Origin: Bacteriovoracaceae bacterium
GTDB taxonomy: Bacteria > Bdellovibrionota > Bacteriovoracia > Bacteriovoracales > Bacteriovoracaceae
Reading direction: 5' to 3'
NCBI GenBank assembly: GCA_049599895.1
Contig: JBMYPC010000077.1
Location: forward strand, 1 to 14,716
Length of the DNA: 14,716 nt
Shown here in pieces: positions 7,108 to 14,716 of the stretch; position 1 is the first letter of the stretch, and each line of letters opens with the position of its first letter. A model generated the notes under the pieces. The model was not told the origin of the DNA. It did no database searches and was given only the letters and a program-made list of their open reading frames with translations. A program made the translations under genes and the position numbers.

Positions 7108-10100
7108 TTAGAGTGAAAGCATTTGCTCTTTCATTTTTTGACAAGTTTCAAAGAGCGTTTCCGGAGTAATACTTGTTTTAGGAGTATGAGTGACAGAATA
7201 ATCAGGGCTGAATTGATATTGTTTTTTATGGCCTAAAAAGAATTCAACAATTTTATTTCTTCTTTCAGGATCATCATTCAACTTCTCTTCATCAAATTTT
7301 AAAAGGAGGTTAGGGCCAGTGACACTAACTGATTTTATTGGAAGGTCAGAGAAAAGAATTCTGGTTCTGAGGATGTTAACAAGGTTTGATAACTCTTCGG
7401 GAATTTGACCGTAAATGTCTTCAAGTTCTGCTTCGAAGTTATTGATGTATTCGAGGTCGTTAAAGTTTGAAAGTTTTTTATAAACTTTAAGCCTCTCTGC
7501 TGAATCACTAATGTAGCCAGTAGGGATATGGGCAATAAAAGGTGTGGAGACTTCGATATTTTTATTAATTTCAGTCTTTTCACCTTTAAGTTCGGCAATG
7601 GCCTCTTTGAGAAGTTGAAGGTAAAGCTCAAGACCAATGTTTCCAATATGACCTGATTGTTCGGCTCCTAAAATATCTCCAGCTCCACGAATTTCTAAAT
7701 CACATGTGGCGAGATTAAAGCCTGATCCCATATCTGTATAAGTTTGAAGGGCCTTAAGCCTATTCATTGCTTGATCATTTAAAGGAGTATTATGGGGAAT
7801 CATAAAATAGGCGTAGGCCTTTCGTTCGCTTCTCCCAATTCTCCCTCGGAGCTGATGAAGTTGGGCGAGACCAAAGCGATCAGCACGATCAATGATCATG
7901 GTATTGGCATTAGGAATATCAATTCCTGATTCAATGATGGTTGTGGCGATAAGAATCTGAAATTTTCCACTATAAAAATCTGAAATTCTTTTTTCGAGCT
8001 CTTTTTCAGGAAGTTGTCCGTGAGCAAAGACGATACTTGCTTCGGGAACGAGATCTCTAATCTTTGAAACAAAAATTTCGATATCTTGAACTCGATTGTG
8101 GACGATATAAACCTGTCCACCGCGAGACAGTTCAGCTCGAATGGCTTTTTGAATTGTCGCTTCATCTTCTTTTATTAGATAAGTCTTAACCGGCTGTCTT
8201 TTTGCTGGAGGCGTACGGATGAGTGAAAGTTCTCTTAATCCTAAAAACGCTAGCTGAAGTGTTCTTGGAATAGGAGTTGCTGTTAAGGTGAGAAAGTCGA
8301 CAGTCGATTTTAAAACTTTAAGCTTTTCTTTATGATTGACACCAAAACGATGCTCTTCATCGACTACCACTAGCCCTAAGTCTTTGAACTTAACTTTTTT
8401 ATTGAGAATACTATGGGTTCCAATCAATATATCGACTTTACCAGATTCAACTTTTTCATGAATCTCATTTACTTCTTTGGTTTTTTTGAACCTTGAGATG
8501 AATTCGATTTCAACTGGGAAGTCTTTAAATCGTTTAACAAAAGTATTGTAATGTTGAAGTGCTAAGATCGTTGTGGGAACTAAAACAGCGACTTGCTTTT
8601 TATCAAGAACCGCCTTAAAAGCCGCTCGCATGGCCACTTCGGTTTTTCCAAATCCCACATCACCACAAACAAGAAAGTCCATAGCAGTTTCTTTTTGCAT
8701 ATGCTTTAAGATGCTATCGATTGATTCCATCTGATCAGGAGTTTCTCGGTAGGGGAATGATTTTTCAAATTCAGCAAAGTTTTCATCTGGTGGAGTAAAA
8801 GAGTGGGCCTTATGACTTTTTCTCTCTGCTTGAAGGCGAAGAAGATCAAAGGCAAGCTTCTTAGCAGACTCTCTCGCTTTAGCTTTGGCCTGATTAAATT
8901 TATTCTTCTTTAAATTCTCTGGCTTTAATCCCGCAGTCGAATCAGCATGTTTTTGAATTTGATCAAGCTTATAAATCGGAAGATAGATTTTATCCCCATC
9001 GAGATACTCAATGATGACAAAATCATTTTTTTGGCCATTCATTTCTATGGAATCAAGTCCTTGGTAAACTCCAAGACCATGGTGATTGTGAATGACGTAA
9101 TCACCAGCTTTAAGAGTCGCCAATTGTTCCGCGAAGAGGTCAAGGTTGGCAGATTTTTTAGAAGATTTATCTCTTTTAGAAACAGTTGAAAGAATATCGT
9201 TATCTTTTAAAACAAAAAGATTTTCATTTTCATAATAAAACCCACGATTGATGGGGAAATCAGAGAAATGAATATGGTCTTTCAATGGAATTTCAAGTTC
9301 TTCTAGGATTGAGAGGATGTCTCTTTTTCCAAACTCATTAGAAAGACAGATCACAATAGTAAGATTAACTTTTTCTGAAAGTGTTTTTAAGATTTCTCGA
9401 GACCTTTCTCTTCCATGGAGTGAAGTATCGACTAAAGAGTTCAGTATATTCTTTGGAAGCTCGAGTGCAAGATCCACTTCTTGAAAATCAAGGTGGTCAA
9501 AATCGTTATGGATTTTGAGATCATTGACTGAAACAAGAGGAAGTTTTAATAGTTCTTCTTCATCATATTGATAAAACTTTGAAAGCTCTGGGCTTAAGTT
9601 TTGATTCTGAGTATCAGTTTCTTTTTCTTCAAACTCTTCACGTAATTGATCAAGGAGATGTTCAAAGTTATCTTTAGCGGTAAGAGCATTAAGATGAAAG
9701 TAATGAGGAGAATCTCCTAAATAATCAAAGAGCGTTTCATTTTCTTTAAAAAATAAATGGGTAAGGCCTGAGAATTCTTCAAACAGGTTTCCTTCTTGAA
9801 GCTGAGAAAAGATTTGTTTTCTCTTTGCAAACTTCTCTGTTTGGCCAGGCTTAGGCTGAGGAATATTTTCTCTAAAATTAATAATGAATTCTTTTTGAGT
9901 CAGAGCTTTTAAAAAAGGCGAGATGATTAACTTTTCAATTTTTCGATCTCTAATGGTTCGGTTTGATTCAGGATCTATTTCGAAAATCTCTTCAATCATG
10001 TCATCAAAATAATGAAGACGAACGGGATTTGCATTGAGGGGATAGAGATCAAAGATCTCGCCCTTCTTTGAAAATTGTCCAGGTTCTTCAACTGTAATAT

Positions 10101-10653
10101 TATGTGAATAACCTAGCTTAATAAGTTTTCCCGCAAGCTCATCTGGATGAACCACATCACTGACTTCAAGATTTAATGAGTTCTCTTGAAAAAACTTTCT
10201 TGGAGGATTGAGTAAACTCGCAGCTTCAAGTGAAGTGAGAATAATTCTTTTTTTGTTTGATTCATTTGAGAGATGAAAGAGTGTTGACCATCTTTCAATA
10301 CAATCAGATTCAGATTGAAGAAGGCTTGAGTACGGACTGAGCTCTAAACCAGGGAAAAAATCTACCTCGGGAAAGTCCGAGTGTTTCGCACCGAGTTCTA
10401 AGAAAAGCTCATAAAGTTCCTCTAAAAATCTTAGGTCGTCAGAAAGTATGACAATATGCTGCGAGGTTTCAAAAAATTCTTTTTGTTTTGTCCAATTGCT
10501 TAAGGCGAAAGCCAGTTTCCAATGATCAAGTCCGTTGATGAAAAGTTTTGAATGCTCAGCGGCCCCTGCTGGAAGAGACTTGAGGTTTTGCTGCCAGGCA
10601 AGAATTTTCCTCATCAGTCCATCAAAGATTTTTAGTGATTCAATATTGCTCAT
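7108..10653 (-). CDS. mfd: Transcription-repair coupling factor Mfd (TRCF)
   Basis: 1181 aa. UvrB-homology segment (VEEPGQFSKKGEIFDLYP), RID/CarD-like domain (GDYVIHNHHGLGVYQGL), Walker A CGDVGFGKTEVA, DEEHRFGV, TATPIPRTL, QLRGRIGR, TRG motif DLEIRGAGDILGAEQSGHI, C-terminal TRCF domain. No clear SD, so the exact start is uncertain. Confidence 0.98.
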   Translation of the reverse strand: MSNIESLKIFDGLMRKILAWQQNLKSLPAGAAEHSKLFINGLDHWKLAFALSNWTKQKEFFETSQHIVILSDDLRFLEELYELFLELGAKHSDFPEVDFFPGLELSPYSSLLQSESDCIERWSTLFHLSNESNKKRIILTSLEAASLLNPPRKFFQENSLNLEVSDVVHPDELAGKLIKLGYSHNITVEEPGQFSKKGEIFDLYPLNANPVRLHYFDDMIEEIFEIDPESNRTIRDRKIEKLIISPFLKALTQKEFIINFRENIPQPKPGQTEKFAKRKQIFSQLQEGNLFEEFSGLTHLFFKENETLFDYLGDSPHYFHLNALTAKDNFEHLLDQLREEFEEKETDTQNQNLSPELSKFYQYDEEELLKLPLVSVNDLKIHNDFDHLDFQEVDLALELPKNILNSLVDTSLHGRERSREILKTLSEKVNLTIVICLSNEFGKRDILSILEELEIPLKDHIHFSDFPINRGFYYENENLFVLKDNDILSTVSKRDKSSKKSANLDLFAEQLATLKAGDYVIHNHHGLGVYQGLDSIEMNGQKNDFVIIEYLDGDKIYLPIYKLDQIQKHADSTAGLKPENLKKNKFNQAKAKARESAKKLAFDLLRLQAERKSHKAHSFTPPDENFAEFEKSFPYRETPDQMESIDSILKHMQKETAMDFLVCGDVGFGKTEVAMRAAFKAVLDKKQVAVLVPTTILALQHYNTFVKRFKDFPVEIEFISRFKKTKEVNEIHEKVESGKVDILIGTHSILNKKVKFKDLGLVVVDEEHRFGVNHKEKLKVLKSTVDFLTLTATPIPRTLQLAFLGLRELSLIRTPPAKRQPVKTYLIKEDEATIQKAIRAELSRGGQVYIVHNRVQDIEIFVSKIRDLVPEASIVFAHGQLPEKELEKRISDFYSGKFQILIATTIIESGIDIPNANTMIIDRADRFGLAQLHQLRGRIGRSERKAYAYFMIPHNTPLNDQAMNRLKALQTYTDMGSGFNLATCDLEIRGAGDILGAEQSGHIGNIGLELYLQLLKEAIAELKGEKTEINKNIEVSTPFIAHIPTGYISDSAERLKVYKKLSNFNDLEYINNFEAELEDIYGQIPEELSNLVNILRTRILFSDLPIKSVSVTGPNLLLKFDEEKLNDDPERRNKIVEFFLGHKKQYQFSPDYSVTHTPKTSITPETLFETCQKMKEQMLSL

Positions 10654-10728
10654 AGTCGTTCAACGTGTTCGGCCTAGACAAGTTTTGCTCTGCGTTCTTA
10701 ATAATCATTATTCAACAGCAAAAAGAGC

Positions 10729-10757
10729 TTATCCCCCAGTTTCCGATATGTTATCAT
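10729..10757 (+). promoter_or_regulatory. Candidate sigma70 extended -10 promoter for the nuo cluster
   Basis: TG-T-TATCAT at 10749-10757 with a weak -35 (TTATCC, 10729-10734) at 17-bp spacing. SD GGAG at 10803-10806 precedes nuoA. Confidence 0.4.
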
Positions 10758-10814
10758 TCGTGTAAATTTTTATATACACCGGTTGCAACCTAACATTGAT
10801 TTGGAGAATTATCC

Positions 10815-11261
10815 ATGTCCGCGGATAACATAAATGTCTATATTCCAGTCCTCATTTTAATGAGTATTGGAGTGCTTATTGTCTTTGGTTCCCTCTTAGT
10901 TGGAAAAATTATTCGTCCCCACAAACCAAATAGGCTTAAAGAACAACCTTATGAATGTGGTGAAGATCCTGAAGGTGATGCTTGGGCGAACTTTAATATT
11001 CGTTTCTACGTTATTGCTCTTGTCTTTATCATCTTTGATGTTGAAGGGGCTTTGATGTTCCCAGTGGCATCAGTCTTTAAAAAGTTTATGGAGGCCGGTG
11101 AAGGTGCCGTTGTTCTTGGCTCACTTCTCGTCTTTATCGTGATTTTATTTCTAGGGGTCATTTACTGTTGGAGTAAAGGTGACCTTGATTGGGTTAAAAG
11201 TTTTCAGCTTGCGTATAAAAAAGAAGCAGAAGCGAAATCCCTTGAGGCTAAGGAGAGCTAA
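10815..11261 (+). CDS. nuoA: NADH-quinone oxidoreductase subunit A
   Basis: 148 aa, three hydrophobic segments, PYECGEDP loop, FYVIALVFIIFDVE, KGDLDW, short charged C-terminal extension. Confidence 0.97.
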   Translation: MSADNINVYIPVLILMSIGVLIVFGSLLVGKIIRPHKPNRLKEQPYECGEDPEGDAWANFNIRFYVIALVFIIFDVEGALMFPVASVFKKFMEAGEGAVVLGSLLVFIVILFLGVIYCWSKGDLDWVKSFQLAYKKEAEAKSLEAKES

Positions 11262-11263
11262 TC

Positions 11264-12454
11264 GTGAACGATACTATTGCTTCGTATTTTACAGACTTAG
11301 GTGCACTTGAAGCTTTAAACTCAGTTCTTCCAAGTGCTTTACAAATTTCTCCACTGGTTTTCACGATCACTATTTTCTTAATTGGTTGTGGCGCTGTTGT
11401 TGGCGCACTGGCAACTGTCGGTGGTCTTGGAACATATGCGGAAAGAAAAATTTCAGCTGACATTCAAATGAGACAGGGACCAAACAGAGTTGGACCTTAT
11501 GGACTTCTTCAGTTTCTTGCTGATGGTGTGAAGATGATCATGAAAGAAGATATCATTCCAACTCAAGCAGATAGAGGAATGTTCATCATTGCTCCTGTTC
11601 TTTGTATGGTTGGTATTATGGCAACTCTTGTGATTGTGCCATTTTCTTCGGGCCTTACTCTTTCTAGCCTTAACGTTGGTGTGATTTATCTTCTTGGAGT
11701 TGGTTCTTTAATTGGAATTGGGATTCTTCTAGGTGGTTATGCTTCGAACTCTAAGTGGTCAATGCTTGGAGGTATGCGTGGGGCTTCGCAAATTATTTCT
11801 TATGAAGTTCCAGTAACTCTTTCAATGCTTGCGATCGTTGTTCTTGGTGGATCACTAAATTTTAATGTGATTATCGAGCAACAATCTGCTCTTCCTCATA
11901 ACTGGTTTATTTTTCACAATCCATTTACCTTTATTGGCTTTTTTGTGTTTTTTATTGGTGCTCTTGCTGAAGCAAACCGAGCTCCCTTTGATTTACCCGA
12001 AGCGGAATCTGAACTTGTTTCTGGTTATCACACTGAGTATACAGGGATGAGATTTGGACTTTTTGCACTGGCTGAATACATTGAAGTCTTCGTTCTTGGT
12101 GGTATTGCAGTGGCGCTCTTTTTAGGTGGATACAAAATGCCTTTTGATGCGACCGCATTTCTTATTAAGAACTTTTCAATGCCTGAGGCCCTTGCAAGTC
12201 ATGTTCAACAATTTCTTGAAGTTGGTTGTTTTGTGACTAAGACCTTACTTATTTATTATGTTGTTATCTGGATTCGTTGGACTCTTCCAAGACTTCGAGT
12301 TGACCAGCTAATGACAATTTGTTGGAAATATTTAACACCAATCGCGCTTGTAAACCTTATTGGTTGTGCGGTTTGGATGGTCGCTTTTGATGGGCAATCA
12401 ATGTTTGATCTCTTCGCCTCAATTTTTAGTGGTGGATACGGTGGTGGACATTAA
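11264..12454 (+). CDS. nuoH: NADH-quinone oxidoreductase subunit H
   Basis: 396 aa, GTG start with SD AAGGAG. Motifs ERKISADIQMRQGPNRVGPYGLLQFLADGVK, SNSKWSMLGGMR, ISYEV, NRAPFDLPEAESELVSGYHTEY, PRLRVDQLM...WK. Confidence 0.98.
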   Translation: MNDTIASYFTDLGALEALNSVLPSALQISPLVFTITIFLIGCGAVVGALATVGGLGTYAERKISADIQMRQGPNRVGPYGLLQFLADGVKMIMKEDIIPTQADRGMFIIAPVLCMVGIMATLVIVPFSSGLTLSSLNVGVIYLLGVGSLIGIGILLGGYASNSKWSMLGGMRGASQIISYEVPVTLSMLAIVVLGGSLNFNVIIEQQSALPHNWFIFHNPFTFIGFFVFFIGALAEANRAPFDLPEAESELVSGYHTEYTGMRFGLFALAEYIEVFVLGGIAVALFLGGYKMPFDATAFLIKNFSMPEALASHVQQFLEVGCFVTKTLLIYYVVIWIRWTLPRLRVDQLMTICWKYLTPIALVNLIGCAVWMVAFDGQSMFDLFASIFSGGYGGGH

Positions 12455-12475
12455 TTCGTCCTTAAGGAGTATTTT

Positions 12476-13030
12476 GTGTTTTTAAATGCATTGTTTTTAT
12501 TGAGTGGTTTAGGTGTCATCTTAGGATGTATCGCGGTTGTGAGTACAAAAAACCTTATGCATGCCTGCCTTTATCTTCTTTTAACTCTTTTTAGTGTGGC
12601 CGGTCTTTATGTAACCATGAACGCTGACTTTCTTGCAGCAACTCAACTTGTTGTTTACGCCGGTGGAGTTGTGATTCTTATGCTTTTTGCCATCATGCTA
12701 ACAGGGGGAATTAGCGCTCCTTTAAATAAGCTCGGTGTTGAAAAGATTCCAGGAATGGGAAATATGAAAACCTATTTCTTTGCTTTCATCACAGCAATTG
12801 TTGTGATCGGAACTTGTTTTCAAGTTATTATTAATCTTTATAGAGACGCAAGCCAGTTAGAGGCCAACACTTTTGAATCAACAGTTCATCAAATTGGAGA
12901 GCTTCTTATCACTGATCACGTTTTAGCTTTTGAAATTAGTTCTATCCTTTTATTGGGGGCACTCATCGGTGCTGCGATTATCGCGAGACCTCGTTCATTA
13001 AGTGATGAATCAGGGAGCGAGGGAAATTAA
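12476..13030 (+). CDS. nuoJ: NADH-quinone oxidoreductase subunit J
   Basis: 184 aa, GTG start with SD AAGGAG. ADFLAATQLVVYAGGVVILMLFAIML and FEISSILLLGALIGAAII. Confidence 0.96.
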   Translation: MFLNALFLLSGLGVILGCIAVVSTKNLMHACLYLLLTLFSVAGLYVTMNADFLAATQLVVYAGGVVILMLFAIMLTGGISAPLNKLGVEKIPGMGNMKTYFFAFITAIVVIGTCFQVIINLYRDASQLEANTFESTVHQIGELLITDHVLAFEISSILLLGALIGAAIIARPRSLSDESGSEGN

Positions 13031-13031
13031 T

Positions 13032-13337
13032 ATGATCGATCTATCAAGTTACCTATTTTTATCCTTTGTTCTTTTTATTTCTGGAATCATTGTCATGGTG
13101 GCCAGAAAAAATGTTGTGGCGATGCTTCTGGGAATTGAGCTTATTCTTAATGCCTGTGCCGTAACCTTTGTTGCTTACACAAGGTTTTTAAATCACAACC
13201 TTGATGGGCATGTGATGAGTTTATTTATTATTGTGATTGCTGCCGCTGAAGCCGCTGTTGGGCTTGCGATTGTAATTAGATTTTTTCAACTTAAAGAAAC
13301 AGTTCATATTGATGATGCTACTGAGCTTCAGCAATAA
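13032..13337 (+). CDS. nuoK: NADH-quinone oxidoreductase subunit K
   Basis: GIELILNA and IAAAEAAVGLAI (both conserved Glu present). Start reassigned from 13002 to the in-frame ATG at 13032, 1 nt after the nuoJ stop with a GAGGG SD, giving a typical 101 aa. Confidence 0.96.
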   Translation: MIDLSSYLFLSFVLFISGIIVMVARKNVVAMLLGIELILNACAVTFVAYTRFLNHNLDGHVMSLFIIVIAAAEAAVGLAIVIRFFQLKETVHIDDATELQQ

Positions 13338-13355
13338 GTTTGAGGTATAAAGAGA

Positions 13356-14716
13356 ATGGAATATACGATTTCAAGTGTTGCTTTAATTGCGCTACTTCCT
13401 TTCTTCGCTTTTGTCGTGAATGCTTTTATTGTCAAAAAGTTCACGAAGTTAGCGGTCGGAATTAGTTGCGCTTCAATTTTTGGATCATTTATCTTGGCGA
13501 CGAGAATCTTTAGAGATTTTATCTCTGGGGTTCACTCCTCTGATTATTATGTTCACAAAGTCTTCCCATGGTTTGACTTAAACGGTGCCGGAATTGAATT
13601 TCAGGTCAATATGGGGATTTACATCGATAACATGTCAGCAGTTATGCTTTTCATGGTAACTGGTGTTGCTTTCTTAATTCACCTTTTTAGTACTTATTAC
13701 ATGAAAGATGACATCCGTTTTGGACGATTCTTTGTTTATCTTTCTCTTTTTACAAGTGCCATGCTTGGTCTTGTTCTTTCCGATAACCTTCTTTCGGTCT
13801 TTATCTTTTGGGAGCTTATGGGATTTTGCTCTTATAGTCTCATTGGCTTTTACTATGAAAAAGAAGGAGCGGGGAACGCTTCAATTAAGGCCTTCATGAC
13901 TACAAGAGTAGGGGATGTTTTCTTCCTTCTTGGGATCTTGGCGATTTGGACAGTTGTTGGAAACGTCACTTTCGTTGATATCTATAAAACAATTGCAGCC
14001 GGTGGGTTTGATTCACTTGCGGTACTTGGTATTCCTTTTGCGACTTTCGCTGGTTTTTGTATCTTTATGGGAACTATTGGAAAGTCGGCTCAGGTTCCTC
14101 TTCAAGTTTGGCTACCAGATGCTATGTGGGGACCAACACCATGTTCGGCACTGATTCACGCTGCGACTATGGTTGCCGCTGGGGTTTATCTCTCTTTAAG
14201 AATTTTTCCAATCCTTGAAATGGGAGGACTTCTTCCTGTTGTTGGTTATATTGGAGCGATTACGGCTTTTGGTGCAGCAACAATTGCCCTTATTCAAACG
14301 GATATTAAAGCGGTTCTCGCATACTCAACAATTTCTCAGCTTGGTTACATGGTTTTAGGAATTGGTGTTGGTGCTTATAATCCGGCTTTCATGCATCTAA
14401 TTACTCATGCTGTTTTTAAGGCCTGTCTCTTTCTTGCTGCTGGTTCTGTTATTCACTCACTTCATGATCATCACACTCATGCTCACGTTCAAGAAATGCC
14501 GAGAATGGGTGGTCTTAGAAAGAAAATGCCTTATACCTTTATCGCGATGATGTGTTGTACCCTCGCGATTGCGGGCGTGCCAATATTCTCTGGGTTCGTC
14601 TCAAAAGATAGAATCTTAGGTGACGCTCTTCTTTGGTCTTTCTTTAATGGAATAATTGATCCAGTTAAAACGATACCGGCCCTTCTTGGTTTTGCTGGTG
14701 CATTCTTAACGGCTTT
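13356..14716 (+). CDS. nuoL: NADH-quinone oxidoreductase subunit L (antiporter-like, partial, runs off the right edge)
   Basis: Manual translation from ATG 13356 (GAGG upstream): MEYTISSVALIALLPFFAF...FWELMGFCSYSLIGF...KAFMTTRVGD...GKSAQVPLQVWLPDAMWGPTPCSALIHAATMVAAGVYL...AYSTISQLGYM...HLITHAVFKACLFL...MGGL...SKD. Open to the end of the window; absent from the ORF track because it has no stop. Confidence 0.97.
   Translation, partial: MEYTISSVALIALLPFFAFVVNAFIVKKFTKLAVGISCASIFGSFILATRIFRDFISGVHSSDYYVHKVFPWFDLNGAGIEFQVNMGIYIDNMSAVMLFMVTGVAFLIHLFSTYYMKDDIRFGRFFVYLSLFTSAMLGLVLSDNLLSVFIFWELMGFCSYSLIGFYYEKEGAGNASIKAFMTTRVGDVFFLLGILAIWTVVGNVTFVDIYKTIAAGGFDSLAVLGIPFATFAGFCIFMGTIGKSAQVPLQVWLPDAMWGPTPCSALIHAATMVAAGVYLSLRIFPILEMGGLLPVVGYIGAITAFGAATIALIQTDIKAVLAYSTISQLGYMVLGIGVGAYNPAFMHLITHAVFKACLFLAAGSVIHSLHDHHTHAHVQEMPRMGGLRKKMPYTFIAMMCCTLAIAGVPIFSGFVSKDRILGDALLWSFFNGIIDPVKTIPALLGFAGAFLTA

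Noticed and set aside
7335..10765. ORFs 7335..7646, 7896..8165, 8947..9189 and 10535..10765
   Set aside because: Alternate-frame or antisense overlaps of mfd, whose frame is intact with all motifs; no sign of a frameshift.
10770..10790. Possible sigma54 promoter (TTGCA at 10783-10787)
   Set aside because: No GG at the -24 position (10773-10774 is TA).
13002..13031. Longer nuoK start given in the ORF track
   Set aside because: It overlaps nuoJ by 29 bp. The ATG at 13032 has an SD and gives the normal NuoK length.
11248..14154. ORFs 11248..11463, 11952..12158, 13708..13899 and 13915..14154
   Set aside because: Shadows of nuoH and nuoL. The real gene beyond 13356 is a continuous nuoL frame, so it is not a fragmented pseudogene.
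13356..14716. Mrp antiporter or energy-converting hydrogenase membrane module
   Set aside because: Bona fide nuoA, nuoH, nuoJ and nuoK alongside NuoL-type motifs identify complex I; no hydrogenase or mrpEFG genes are in the window.

Overview
AT-rich bacterial chromosomal window made up mostly of housekeeping genes. Gene content, divergence and the short secreted orphan genes are suggestive of Bdellovibrionota (Bacteriovorax/Halobacteriovorax-like); this is inference only. The minus strand, read in transcription order, carries mfd, two small secreted orphan genes closed by a strong intrinsic terminator, a parvulin PPIase, a SurA-like chaperone, pdxA, uvrA and a further gene that overlaps the uvrA stop and runs off the left edge (not in the ORF track). 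On the plus strand, divergent from mfd across a 161-bp spacer rich in palindromes, is a complex I cluster in the order nuoA-nuoH-nuoJ-nuoK-nuoL (nuoL is partial and not in the ORF track). Only membrane-arm subunits are present: nuoB-G and nuoI are missing from their usual positions. No rRNA, tRNA, CRISPR array or mobile element is seen. I cannot support a clearly new biological system. The best leads are the rearranged membrane-arm nuo cluster with an atypical NuoL, the two-gene secreted insert, and uvrA placed behind surA-pdxA and near mfd.
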